This document shows positions 48,180 to 60,019 of a stretch of 64,000 bases of DNA, piece after piece. The notes beneath the pieces were generated by a model. It was not told the origin of the DNA. It saw nothing but the letters and a program-made list of their open reading frames with translations, and did not search any database. Position 1 is the stretch's first letter. Each line of letters opens with the position of its first letter. Source of the DNA: Neoechinorhynchus agilis (Eukaryota; Animalia; Acanthocephala). Location of the stretch: contig CM121342.1 in the NCBI GenBank assembly GCA_051530055.1, positions 1,584,797-1,648,796 of the forward strand, read 5' to 3'. Both the position numbers and the translations under genes were made by a program.

Positions 48180-49370
48180 GGTTCATGCATTTTCAAGGAG
48201 AATGTTCCGAAGGACGTAGCAAATATCTTTGCCGCCCTGAGTTTGCTGTGTGAGAGATGTCCAGAGCTAAAGTCTCACGAATCCGTTTTTTTATTAAAAA
48301 CTGTCTCTACACCCCAAAGTTTTTGCACAGACTGAGATCCGCACCCGCCTTCGCGCGCAAGGATGATCCATCGAGCCGGGATGATCTTCTTCGGAATAAG
48401 CTCAGCCAGATCGTCAATATCGATTTCGACCATTCCTCGTACCCTCCAACTACGGAGGTTCAGGATTCAGACCCATGGAGGACGTCGCATCGCCGGCCTT
48501 TCTTCGATTTCGGCTAGTCGAGATAACTCCCTTAAGATGTATCCGGAGTCCAACGAAGAGCATTTTAATAATGCTCTCTCCTCATGGACATACTAAAGTA
48601 GGACAAGCCGCAATACTCCAGAAGTGCCAAAAGCAGTCATCGCGGGACTTACCGATGGTGCAGAAAGCTCACAAATCACTTCTAGGCCAACTGGACGAGA
48701 GGTCACGTTCGCGACACATGGCTTGCTCGACGGAGTCCGGCGCTTGGCTGGAAGCTATCCCGGCCGAAAAGTAGGGGACTTTTGGACAACAAAAAATTCC
48801 GGATAGCTTTCTCTTTGAGATTAAATGCACCCATCTGCTTCCCACACGAATGTCGCTGCGGCTCGCAAGTAGACGCCAAAGGATTACATGCTCTATCATG
48901 TGCATTCGGTCTGCCGGATGGTCGCCTAGACATGCCGAAATCAACGCGATCCTGAGTAGATCCCTGACCTCCATCAACATTTCAAACATCTTGGAGCTTC
49001 CCTTGCAGCCGAGGAAGCCCCTCTTATGAGATGCAATCTGCACCGACACCATGGCTAAGTACTTTGCTTATTTAGCCAGTAAAGGCCAGGCGATGTAGCG
49101 ACCGCAGCGGAACGTCGGAAAGCGGTAAACTACGCTGAGCTGAGGGAGAGCTTCCATTTTGTGCCCTTCGGGATCGAAACGTTCAGGGCCCTCGGAGAAT
49201 CCGCACCTCAGCTGGTTTCAGATATAGCAAGGAGGTCGATGGCGATGAAATGGAACTCGCGTGCGACAGCATTCTTTAACCAAAACGTCTCCCTCGCAGT
49301 ACAACGAGGGAATGGTGCCAGCGTGAGGAAAACCGCGGCTCCACAGAACATTATCTTCCAAAACTTGCAA
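48180..49370 (+). mobile_element. 5'-truncated, decayed CRE-like non-LTR retrotransposon (RT thumb, zinc knuckle, RLE)
   Basis: KNCLYTPKFLHRLRSAP, SGAWLEAIP, ICFPHECRCGSQVDAKGLHALSC, RHAEINAIL, FVPFGIETF and NVSLAVQRGNG, with many frameshifts. Confidence 0.88.
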
Positions 49371-50116
49371 ATTTTAGTAAATTCAATCCTTATCCAAAAA
49401 TTTTGCGTTGTTTTGGACTTCAATGTTTACTCTCAGGATAATGCATTGTTTTCCGTTCAATTACCATATTCGTGGTCAGTATTCGTGGTCTGCTGCATTA
49501 TGCTTATGACCGTATTCATGGTACTCATCAGAAACTCAACCCCGTTAACCTTGGTTAGAAATGCTAAATTAGATGGCTACCTAGCAGATCTGTGCCGGTT
49601 GTGACTTAGCCGGGCTGTTTGGAACTCTGAGTAGGAGGACTCGGGCAGACTGAAGTGACCGCTGCAACCGTCAGTCTTCGCCACCGTCTAAACTTCTAAT
49701 TTTGCCATGGACCGTGTGGATTTCCAATGTCACGAGAAGCACAAGATCTTGTACATTTTAAACAACTTTGGCCTGTTAAGTTGTAATTTTGTTTTTGGGG
49801 AAGAAAGAGCGGAGGTACAGATTTGTGCGAGAAACTGAAGGATGGATAATGTTGTTGGGGCGACGCGAATGTTGTAAATTTGAATAAAAGAAAGTCGTTC
49901 GGAGTATTTATGAAATATTAAAGCGACGTATTTTTTAATTCGAAGACTAAGCGGAATCTCTAGTGAAAGGTTGGTGACATAGAAAGTAATATAACCAATC
50001 AAATTGGATTGACGACGACATATTTGTGTGCTAGTGGAAAGGGATCGCATTAAAGTCGGATCTCGTTGAAAATACATCGCTAAGAGTTTTATTTACACAC
50101 CCACTAAGGCTCTGAT

Positions 50117-50920
50117 TCATTGTTCACAATGAAAATCCTCTTGTGCTAACTAAAATACTTATTTAACATAAGGATTACTTGTTTGGGTAAGAATGCAAAA
50201 TCGATCTGTATTGTCATTGCGATGATCACGTAGAGGATGAAAGTGGAAACAAGGACGATCCAAGTGTCTTCAAGTAGTAGAACGAACAGGATTGTGGCAA
50301 TGATACCAAGTGAAATAAACGCAGGCAGGCCAAGTGCGAGCAGTTCCAAAACGTCTACGACTCGTTGCGTTCGTTCAATGTCTTCGAAGTGGAGTGTATT
50401 TAATGGTGCAGAGATGTTGAACGAAACTGGAGGCATTTCTGAAATGTGCAGGGGGATTTAGTGACATCGATCATACACGAGACGTCGGACAGTTCTCTTG
50501 TCATGATAGACAAAGAAAAATGGGTTGCGCATAAACGAATACGGCTGTAGGCATTAATCATCATAGTTCCCGCTCTTTCAGCCTCTTTCTACCACTACTA
50601 CTGTAACGGTTTACCCCATAGTGAATTAGCAAGAAGGATTCGAGGCATGAAAGGAAATCTCACATATAGTGGCGCGTGTGGAGGTTGTTAATCGAAATGG
50701 CACTCTCGGTGTTGGATCTAGTAGACGTCGTCAACCTTGAAGCACGGCCAGACGAAACAAATTATCTCGGTTGATCGGTCATCTGGGTATTGGCTATCGA
50801 AATGATTGCATTCATGACACTTCTCGCCTTTCCTACAGAGTCTAATGGTGTGAATTGATAGCAAAAGAAAATACAGTGGTCGGTGGACAGAGAGCAAATA
50901 AATCATTCGAAAAAACAACA
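50117..50920 (-). CDS. small membrane protein of unknown function, probably multi-exon
   Basis: ORF 50146-50436 has two hydrophobic helices and is flanked by usable splice sites. The 5' exons are unresolved. Confidence 0.4.
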
Positions 50921-51344
50921 TGGAAACAGTTATTTGATGTCCTCAAATTCAATTAGTTTAATATTGGAAAATCCAATTGAGACAAAAATTGATAATCATA
51001 GCATTCCAAAGTGCTAGGTTGTAAAATCCTCCACGTTTCGCGTTCAATGCGACGGGACGGCAGCTCAGTGACCCTTCATCGCTGTTCTGTTATGAAAATA
51101 TTGTATAAAGAAGATTCCGTCGCATTTATATGCCCGAAACAAGCAACGAAAACCCAAATACGCATCCTTTTCCTTATTCAAACGAGAAATGAAAATTATT
51201 CAACGCGGTTGAAGGTTTCTAAAATCATAGCAGAACCTCAATCCGTGTACTTTTCTGGATAAATCAATAAAAATCAAACCATTTGAGAAATTCTCTATAC
51301 TTTTAAACTGCAATTCGTACAATTGTCGAAGATGTTCATCATTT

Positions 51345-51486
51345 TAACTTTTTTGATAGCGAATTTTAATAATTGATTTATTTTTATTTGATAATTTGAG
51401 GGCCCTCGCGTAATCCTTCTTCAGTCTATTGCTAAAGTATGTGGATAAATAAATTAATTATTATAATTCGCTATCAAAAAAAGTTA
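51345..51486. mobile_element. palindromic MITE-like element, family E
   Basis: TAACTTTTTTGATAGCGAATTTTAATAATT versus AATTATTATAATTCGCTATCAAAAAAAGTTA. Confidence 0.7.
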
Positions 51487-52369
51487 ATTCTTACAATAGT
51501 TGCCACTTCTCAATCTGCGTCTTTTCTTTTTCGCGTAAAAAAAGTTTTATCAATTTTTTGCGGGTTAAAATATAAAAAATCATATCATATAAACAATTTG
51601 TCATAAATTCTGTGGACGCATTGATCCGCCCTTCTCCTATAGTCAATACAAATCATTAAAAGAAACGAAACTGATGTATTGTTGGTATCAATACTTCCAG
51701 TTTCCAGAAATGGTCACACAAAACGATAAAAACGTTTCGCACATTTAATTTTGCGAGATTAAAAATATGTATTTTTTGAGGAAGAAATATGCAAATAATT
51801 TAAGCAAAAGTCTCCTTCGGATCTCTAAAACTAATGCAATCTTGATCAATTAATGCTATGAAAATTATGTTCGTTTTTGTTCTATTTTGCAGTTGAAGAG
51901 TTTTGTAACAAAAATACAACATCTTGAGTTTTCGCTAAAAATCCGATTATTGATAAAATTAAAAACGTGATTTCCCAATAACGAATTTTGGTGGCTAATA
52001 TGGTTTTAAAAACCCAGATTATCAATTTTTCCTTTAAAACATGGATACAAAAATTATTCACAAATTAATTGACACTTGTTACGCCATTTAAATTTAAAAA
52101 AATTAGCCATTAGTAGTCTTGAAACTATGTTTAATGAAACCAATCACTGATTTTCGAAAAATAAATCAATTGAAAACTTTGGAATTTCTTTATAAGTCTA
52201 AAAACGGTATATTTGACCAATAAGTCGAAATTTCAATAAAACACTGACATCGAAAACGTCGCTCCGGAAAAAAAACGAGATTAATAATTTGTATTTTTTA
52301 AATGAACGTCGAAATTATTCACGAATTAATCGACAGATGTGGAATATGGAATGTTAAACCCACAAATCC

Positions 52370-52520
52370 CCACGCTCGGGTCGTTTGGTACCGCGGCGCA
52401 GGACCTGGTTAAGCAATTACCCAAGCGATTGGGACGAATCACTGGCGATCGGAGGGCAGGAGCATTCCTCCTACAAAACAACGCTGCATCCGTCCGTTCG
52501 ACCGTTACACCAGGACGGCA
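52370..52520 (+). mobile_element. CRE-like retrotransposon 3' fragment
   Basis: TLGSFGTAAQDLVKQLPKRLGRITGDRRAGAFLLQ..NAASV. Confidence 0.65.
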
Positions 52521-52815
52521 GCTGAGTGATCCAGAAAGGCGGTGGTGTGAATGATTTCATGTCAAAAAAATTCACTAAAATCGCCTTAGAGATTCTTGAC
52601 TAATCAACCAATACAAATAGAATCGATATCAATAATTTCTCCATTCAAGAAAATTAATAAAAGGACATTTTTCTCTCCAAAAATGATTTTTCATTGAAAA
52701 GTTAAATATTTAACGCTTGGAATTTCTAATTTTTGAAAATAATCCAAAAACGATCTTCCTGCCTGACACTCTGATAAATCGATTGAGCACTGAAATAAAA
52801 AATAATCAGACAAAC

Positions 52816-53949
52816 TCAAGCACGCTCACTATCCACAGCTTTTTTCCGGTTGGCCGCGCACTGTTCTCGGTATCTTTTCATAAAGCTCGGCGAGTGTCCA
52901 ACAGTGAATTTCTTGGTTTTGGATCCATTAGAAGCAGGAGGAGGAGTTCGTGGTCTAGTCACGAATTTCTTCTTTATTTCCTGTAGGGCCACTTCCTTCT
53001 GTTTGAGATAATCAGCATATCGGGCAGTTCTCTGCGTTTTAACCGACACTGGCGGTGGAATCGGTGGCCTTTTAGCCAATCTTTCACTACGCTTAGAAGT
53101 GTCCATGCGACTTTTACTGCTACTTCTGGTGCAAACGCTCGATCCACGCGAAATAGAACTCACTTCTTTACTCATTGAAGGATCCTTTACGACGTCCCGT
53201 CTTCTTCTATACTTAAGTCCTCGATTAATATCGTAGTTATGTTGGGTATCGACAATCGGTGGACGACTGGGAACCGTAGGAGGTTTCTTTGTTAGTCGCT
53301 TAATACACGCTTCCGTACGTTCGTCCAATCGAAGTCTCTTCATATCTTCACTTATTGAACGAACAGCGGATTGACCAGTGGGTCTTTGACCTAAAACTTT
53401 CGAAGCTGACAGATTCCGTTTTAGGATAGGTCGAGCAGAACCCGAGACCCGTTTTCCAAAATTAAGATCGTCTCGTGCCGTCGTTACACGCATTTCACTC
53501 CTACAATGTTGATGCCTTAAAATTGAAGTTTTCGTATGTCTGAACTTTGATTGAGGACTGAATTCTGCGACGCTGTGCCAAGCCTTGTTAGTAACTTCCT
53601 GAATTCTACGCTCATCGGAATTCAGAGGTCGCTTTGACAAGGGATCGAACGCACGGAGCAGATCAGCAGTCTCGGGAGTGTAGACATCTTCCTCATCAGC
53701 CAACATCCGACCTAAAACTCCTTCTTCGGCGCTTTCTTCTAATTTAAACAGTTTGTCTAATCGACCAGTCTTCTTCGATCTAAGACAGATATCGTAAAAG
53801 AGTAAGAAGAATGGCCGTTGCTTATCTCGTCGTCCCAGTTCTGCATATCGCCAGTTGGAAAATATCTGATGAAAGTGATAGTAGTCTGAAAAACCGTCGG
53901 AATGAAAAATCGATCGATTTAAATCGAAATGCTGATCTCCATTAAACAC
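52816..53949 (-). CDS. basic, partly disordered protein, weakly TPX2-like at the C-terminus; 5' exons may extend to about 56668
   Basis: 377-aa ORF without an ATG start. The tail YLKQKEVALQEIKKK...KKFTVGHSPSF recalls the TPX2 C-terminus. Identity is uncertain. Confidence 0.55.
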   Translation of the reverse strand: MFNGDQHFDLNRSIFHSDGFSDYYHFHQIFSNWRYAELGRRDKQRPFFLLFYDICLRSKKTGRLDKLFKLEESAEEGVLGRMLADEEDVYTPETADLLRAFDPLSKRPLNSDERRIQEVTNKAWHSVAEFSPQSKFRHTKTSILRHQHCRSEMRVTTARDDLNFGKRVSGSARPILKRNLSASKVLGQRPTGQSAVRSISEDMKRLRLDERTEACIKRLTKKPPTVPSRPPIVDTQHNYDINRGLKYRRRRDVVKDPSMSKEVSSISRGSSVCTRSSSKSRMDTSKRSERLAKRPPIPPPVSVKTQRTARYADYLKQKEVALQEIKKKFVTRPRTPPPASNGSKTKKFTVGHSPSFMKRYREQCAANRKKAVDSERA

Positions 53950-54133
53950 AAGGTGTAAATAGAAAAATTTCCTCGTAAAATAAATGAAAAGTGCATCGTC
54001 GATTACACTTTAGGCTTAAAATTTGGCACTTTATATAATTTATTAAGAGTTCATGCAACCTTGATTTCATCACATTGAAATATTTGACCGAATAAAATCG
54101 AAATTAATAGCGAATCTTAATTTTTCGCGCGGC

Positions 54134-56357
54134 GACGTCATCGCAAATAATGAAGTTTCTGTAGGAAAATGAAGATTTTAGAATTTATAGAACATTTTTT
54201 CAAGATGGAATATTTCCTATCCCAAGGCAAAGGTAGAAAAATTATATGAAATCGAACATGAGTAAAAATTTCGTTTTTGGACAAATCGTCCGATTGAACA
54301 TTTCGATTCACTGAGACAGCCAAAATGACGTGAGTAAGAAATAAAAATGGGAATAAAAAATTTCAAAAATCTTCATTAATCGAGTTACTCAATTGAGATG
54401 AAGGACGCGATGACGTCATCGCAAATAATGAAGTTTCTGTAGGAAAATCCTGATTTTAGAATTTATAGAACACTTTTTCAAGATGAAATATTTCCTATCC
54501 CAAGTCAAAGGTAGAAAAATTATACGAAATTAAACATGAAATAAAAATTTCGTTTAGGACAGATCGCACGATTGAACATTTGGATTCATTGAGACAGCCA
54601 AAATGACGTCACTAAGAACTAAAAATGAGAATACTAAATTAGAAATTCTTCATTAATCGAGTAACTCAATTGAGATGAAGGACGCGATGACGTCATCGCA
54701 AATAATGAAGTTTCTTTAGGAAAATCCAAATTTAAGAATTTATAGAACATTTTTTCAAGATGGAATATTTCCTATCCCAAGGCAAAGGTAGAAAAATTAT
54801 ACGAAATTAAACATGAAATAAAAATTTCGTTTAGGACAGATCGCCCGATTGAACATTTCGATTCATTGAGACAGCCAAAATGACGTCACTAAGAACTAAA
54901 AATGAGAATACTAAATTAGGAATTCTTCATTAATCGAGTAACTCAATTGAGATGAAGGACGCGATGACGTCATCGCAAATAATGAAGTTTCTGTAGGAAA
55001 ATCCAAATTTAAGAATTTATAGAACATTTTTTCAAGATGAAATATTTCCTATCCCAAGGCAAAGGTAGAAAAATTATACGAAATTAAACATGAAATAAAA
55101 ATTTCGTTTTTGGACAGATCGCCCGATTAAACATTTCGATTCGTTGAGGTAGCTTAAATGACGTGAGTAAGAAATAAAAATGAGAATACTAAATTAGAAA
55201 TTCTTCATTAATCGAGTTACTCAATTGAGATGAAGGACGCGATGACGTCATCGCAAATAATGAAGTTTCTTTAGGAAAATCCAAATTTAAGAATTTATAG
55301 AACATTTTTTCAAGATGGAATATTTGCTATCCAAAGGCGAAGGTAGAAAAATTATATGAAATTAAACATGAAATAAAAATTTCGATTAGGACATCTCCCG
55401 ATTGAACATTTCGATTCATTGAGACAGCCAAAATGACGTCACTAAGAACTAAAAATGAGAATACTAAATTAGGAATTCTTCATTAATCGAGTTACTCAAT
55501 TGAGATGAAGGACGCGATGACGTCATCGCAAATAATGAAGTTTCTGTAGGAAAATCCTGATTTTAGAATTTATAGAACACTTTTTCAAGATGAAATATTT
55601 CCTATCCCAAGGCAAAGGTAGAAAAATTATACGAAATTAAACATGAAATAAAAATTTCGTTTAGGACAGATCGCCCGATTGAACATTTCGATTCATTGAG
55701 ACAGCCAAAATGACGTCACTAAGAACTAAAAATGAGAATACTAAATTAGAAATTCTTCATTAATCGAGTTACTCAATTGAGATGAAGGACGCGATGACGT
55801 CATCGCAAATAATGAAGTTTCTGTAGGAAAATCCTGATTTTAGAATTTATAGAACACTTTTTCAAGATGGAATATTTGCTATCCAAAGGCGAAGGTAGAA
55901 AAATTATACGAAATTAAACATGAAATAAAAATTTCGTTTAGGACAGATCGCCCGATTGAACATTTCGATTCATTGAGACAGCCAAAATGACGTCACTAAG
56001 AACTAAAAATGAGAATACTAAATTAGAAATTCTTCATTAATCGAGTTACTCAATTGAGATGAAGGACGCGATGACGTCATCGCAAATAATGAAGTTTCTG
56101 TAGGAAAATCCTGATTTTAGAATTTATAGAACACTTTTTCAAGATGGAATATTTGCTATCCAAAGGCGAAGGTAGAAAAATTATACGAAATTAAACATGA
56201 AATAAAAATTTCGATTAGGACACATCTCCCGATTGAACATTTCGATTCATTGAGGCAGCTTAAATGACGTCACTAAGAACTTAAAATGAGAATAAAAAAT
56301 TTCAAAAATCTTCATTAATCGAGTTACTCAATCGAATTGAAATACGCGATGACGTCA
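54134..56357. repeat. 277-bp satellite, 8 units, each with the 16-bp palindrome GCGATGACGTCATCGC and usually a second TGACGTCA
   Basis: GACGTCA of the main palindrome at 54134, 54412, 54689, 54966, 55244, 55519, 55796, 56073 and 56351. Confidence 0.97.
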
Positions 56358-56729
56358 CATCTCAGAAATCGAATAATCAATGAGACTGTGTAGAATAGAT
56401 TTAGTAACCATGTTTTTTTGGCACAAGGATGAAAGACATCTTTCCTTAGGTTGCCTAAGTAAATAACGATGCCCCCGCGATCGGAAAGCTACGAAAATGT
56501 GGACGGTGTTCTAGTTGTTGCGAGATCGTGCAGACGGTCAGGGCTACGGATGTCTCATCAATAAGAGTTGCGCGCCCTTACTCTCATGACGTCAAATTTG
56601 TTGCGTTTGCGGGTAAATGATGACGTAGATTTCGGTTCGATTGGTGATGTTAGGACTGGTGGGCTCATTGGTGCGTTTGAAGTTAATGTTCCTCAACAAT
56701 AGAGATCTGGGAACTTAAATTGGCGGAAT

Positions 56730-57373
56730 ATGGACTTATATGTAAAATTGTTTTGTTTAGTCGGTCGGCAAGTTGTGTTTTGATTCATTTGCGATTAGTT
56801 TGCGTTCTATCGACAAAACAAACATTTCGGTCTTTTCTGGGTGTCTGTATGCTTTGTCTCGTTCTTTTATCTCCCAAAATTCTATTATTTTTTAGTAATT
56901 AGAAGAATGAGCCAATCTAAGTGATATTTTGTAAAACTACAATAAATCAATATTTTTGAGAAAGTTTCCTATTTTATTTTCTCCTAAATTTAAGATTACT
57001 AAATAATCGATGATTTTTTGTTTTAATCAGAATTTATGCTCCAAACTGTTTATTTTTGAGGACTATTCTTGTCTTTTGTAGACTCGATCCATGGATTCGT
57101 CCATCGCTTTTATTATTCGCCAAATGGATATATCTGTAATCCGAAGGTTAAAATTCATCTGATGGAATTGGGAAATGTCACTTTAAGGGGAATATTTGCT
57201 TTAATGGATATGCGTTGTAGGATAAAGCTCTTTAGAAAACGAGATCATTCTAAGATTAGATCAAATCTCCATTAAAGGCGATCTTATATCCGAGATTTAT
57301 AATGAGAAGAAACTCACAATGTTTTTTGGATAAAGCTAAGATAATCGTTATTGATAATTTCACGCTCATTTAG
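56730..57373 (+). CDS. possible small multi-exon gene of unknown function
   Basis: Short exons splice in frame to MDLYFAFYRQNKHFVIRRMSQSKLDPWIRPSLLLFAKW. A downstream open frame ends with TAG at 57373. The link between the two parts is unresolved. Confidence 0.3.
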
Positions 57374-57378
57374 GGATC

Positions 57379-59222
57379 TTAAACACCAAAATTGTCAAGA
57401 GTTTCAAGGGCCTCATGAGCTGAGAATCTTTTCTTAGGCGAATACTTGAGTAACCCATTTAAAACGTTCTTGACTTCAACAGGAGTCTCGGTATCAACAA
57501 TACGGGATACACCTTCACCGAAGAATTGATCGTCCTTGAGACGATCGTCCAATTCATTATACCCAATTTTTACTTCCTTCATATGCTCAAAATCACTTTC
57601 TCGAATATAACCTAAAACAGTTATAATTGATGCTAGAAGATGGTGAGTATTAGATGATTTAAATGGATTCTTCGGTCCGAAAATCTCGATACCAACACAA
57701 GCCGCGGACCAACAGTCTACCTTTTGATCGTATTTGCGCGACCCCAAGACCATTTCTATGGCTCTATATCAGTATTGGTCTTAAAACGGAGTCCAAAACT
57801 TGTAAGACAGATACTTTGTAAGGTCGAGTACAAACGTATTCGGAATTTTTTTCGTTTTTATTGTAGATTTTTGAGCATCCGAAATCGCAAATTTTTACGA
57901 GTTTCCGATCTTTACAGTATATAGCGGGATATTGGACCGCTTTTAGCTTGTTATACGGTGGAATTTCCTTAAAGTGGAGCATGGAAGTATTTTTTGACTA
58001 AATTAAGGATTCACGTGCCAACTATTTTAAAATTTTGTTTTTAAATAAGAAACCTTTAGTCTATTGCCGACGAGAGAACGATGATACGTAATGTGATTTT
58101 AATTGAACTGTACGATAACACGGTTATGAAAGTGATTATATTTATAAGCCAATAAATACGCGACATCTAAAAATGCGAAGTTGACCGACTAAAATTCGCT
58201 TTCTAAGTAGTTCAGAATTATTCTAGTCGTATTTTCTTAGATTTTTTTATAGTTGTTGCAAATTTTCGAAGTATTTCGATGAACATTCGCCGATTGGCAC
58301 AGTTGAGAGACTGCCCAACATTTTACGCTTTCATTTGTGCTGAATAACATAAAGGAATCGAATTTATGACGACCAAAAATTCCCGAACCGGTAATCAGAG
58401 AAATGTGAACTTTTTGAATCAAAGAAACTTTTTAGCATAAATGTTGAACGCGTGGATAGAAAACACCAAATACAGTTCTCGTACAGTATTAAAGGTAAGA
58501 AGAGAGATCGAACTTATCATTTAAAACAAATTAGAATTGCAAATATAAGTGACGACTGCTTGGATTATAAAATAAAGATGATAATTATGACTAAGAAATT
58601 CCTTTGGTCCACTATTCTCACTCTAAGATATTTGTACTTTTTAAATCCCGATGCATGATTGTGTGTGAGTGAACGTGGACGAGAGCTTGTAGAATTTGCC
58701 TAAATACATCGATCCTATCTTTAACTGAAAAGCTTTGTATACGCTTTTGCGGATCTATCGGAAGTTTCATTAAATATTCATTTAGAGATTCGGGCATAAG
58801 ATCAATAATCAATCCCATAAGATTGATCGTACTCTTATTAACTCGAATTTCACTAGAGAAATAATAATGAACGTTGCAGATGTTTTTATGATCTCCGAGA
58901 AGCAATAAAGTCTTCAACTCTCTATAGATAGATCACCTGTCCAAAAAGAATTAGAATCCCTTGGCCAGTGAGCTCATCTTTTGTCAGCATGATGAACTTG
59001 CTTACATGTAATTTTAAGAGCGTATTCCGATGAATCCAACGAATGAAGATGCGCCTTATATACACTGCCGAAAGTACCGCCTCCGATGCATTCGTCGATT
59101 TGAACTAAAGTACGGACTTGAACATCGTCGGAAACTCGGATCATGTCAAACTCATGATTGCAGTTTTCTAACTCTTGATGAATAAACGGTCCGATCTCGA
59201 AGTTATTAAGCAATCGCCGCAT
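57379..59222 (-). pseudogene. GSK3-like CMGC kinase; catalytic motifs intact but all three exon junctions fail canonical splicing
   Basis: IGGGTFGSVYKA, ALK, HRDLKSTNIL, KICDFGCSK, EYVCTRPY, AIEMVLG and DCWSAAC. It could be functional if splicing is non-canonical or the assembly is wrong. Confidence 0.6.
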
Positions 59223-59429
59223 TTTTTTGATCGGAAGTCGTAGAAAATGAAGTTATTGGTTGGCATGGAGACAAGCTTTACTATTCGTGATAAAAAAAGG
59301 GAAATCCAGTCAAATTACGTACAATTGACAAGGAGAAGTAAAGCTCCAATACAGACTCAAGTAGGCCGACAATAAAAATTTTAAAATAAAATTAAGCCCG
59401 ATAAACGGTTGCGAGTTCCTTAATAGACT

Positions 59430-59920
59430 TATAATAACACGTTATGTACTTTTGGGTCCTCATGAACACTCGAGTTATGATAGGATAAATAAACGGGGCT
59501 ATTGATTTCGAAGTGGATTACGGGTCCGGTCGGGTGGGGAAATTTGGTCGAGCTAGGAGGTGCGGGCGGGTTGGAATTGGTGGTTATTATTTGCAGGAGA
59601 GAAGTATTGTTTAAGGTCTCCACACAATAAATTATTTTTTGCTAAAGACATTCTGCGAACCTCGCCGGGTTCATTATTAGTTCTAAAAAAACAACATGAA
59701 CCCAACGAGCTTCGAAAGGTATTTAATAAAAAATTATTTACCGGGTAAAGACCTAAATAATACTTCTAGTCATATACTCCCGGTACCTCCTTTCACATAT
59801 CGACATTTGTTGGATAATTGATGAGGTTGGGCCTTCCTCAGAATCATTTCAAGTTATGATATGCGAGAAAATTGGACAGCATGGAGAAAGGAGCGTCGGA
59901 ATAGGGAGGTACGATGAGCA
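59430..59920 (-). mobile_element. CR1/L2-like LINE 3' fragment interrupted by a MITE
   Basis: 59560-59600 and 59820-59920 align with consecutive parts of 60085-60230. Confidence 0.6.
59601..59766. mobile_element. palindromic MITE-like element, family C, copy 2
   Basis: GAAGTATTGTTTAAGGTCT ... AGACCTAAATAATACTTC, with inner arms GCGAACCTCGCCGGGTTCAT / ATGAACCCAACGAGCTTCG as at 16236-16392. Confidence 0.7.
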
Positions 59921-60019
59921 ATAATTAATACTTTAATTGTTTAATTTCCAAATTTAGTTTACTAAGAATTTACTTAAGAGTTTACCCGCAAAAACGACGC
60001 GTCTGTAACTAGACAACTG

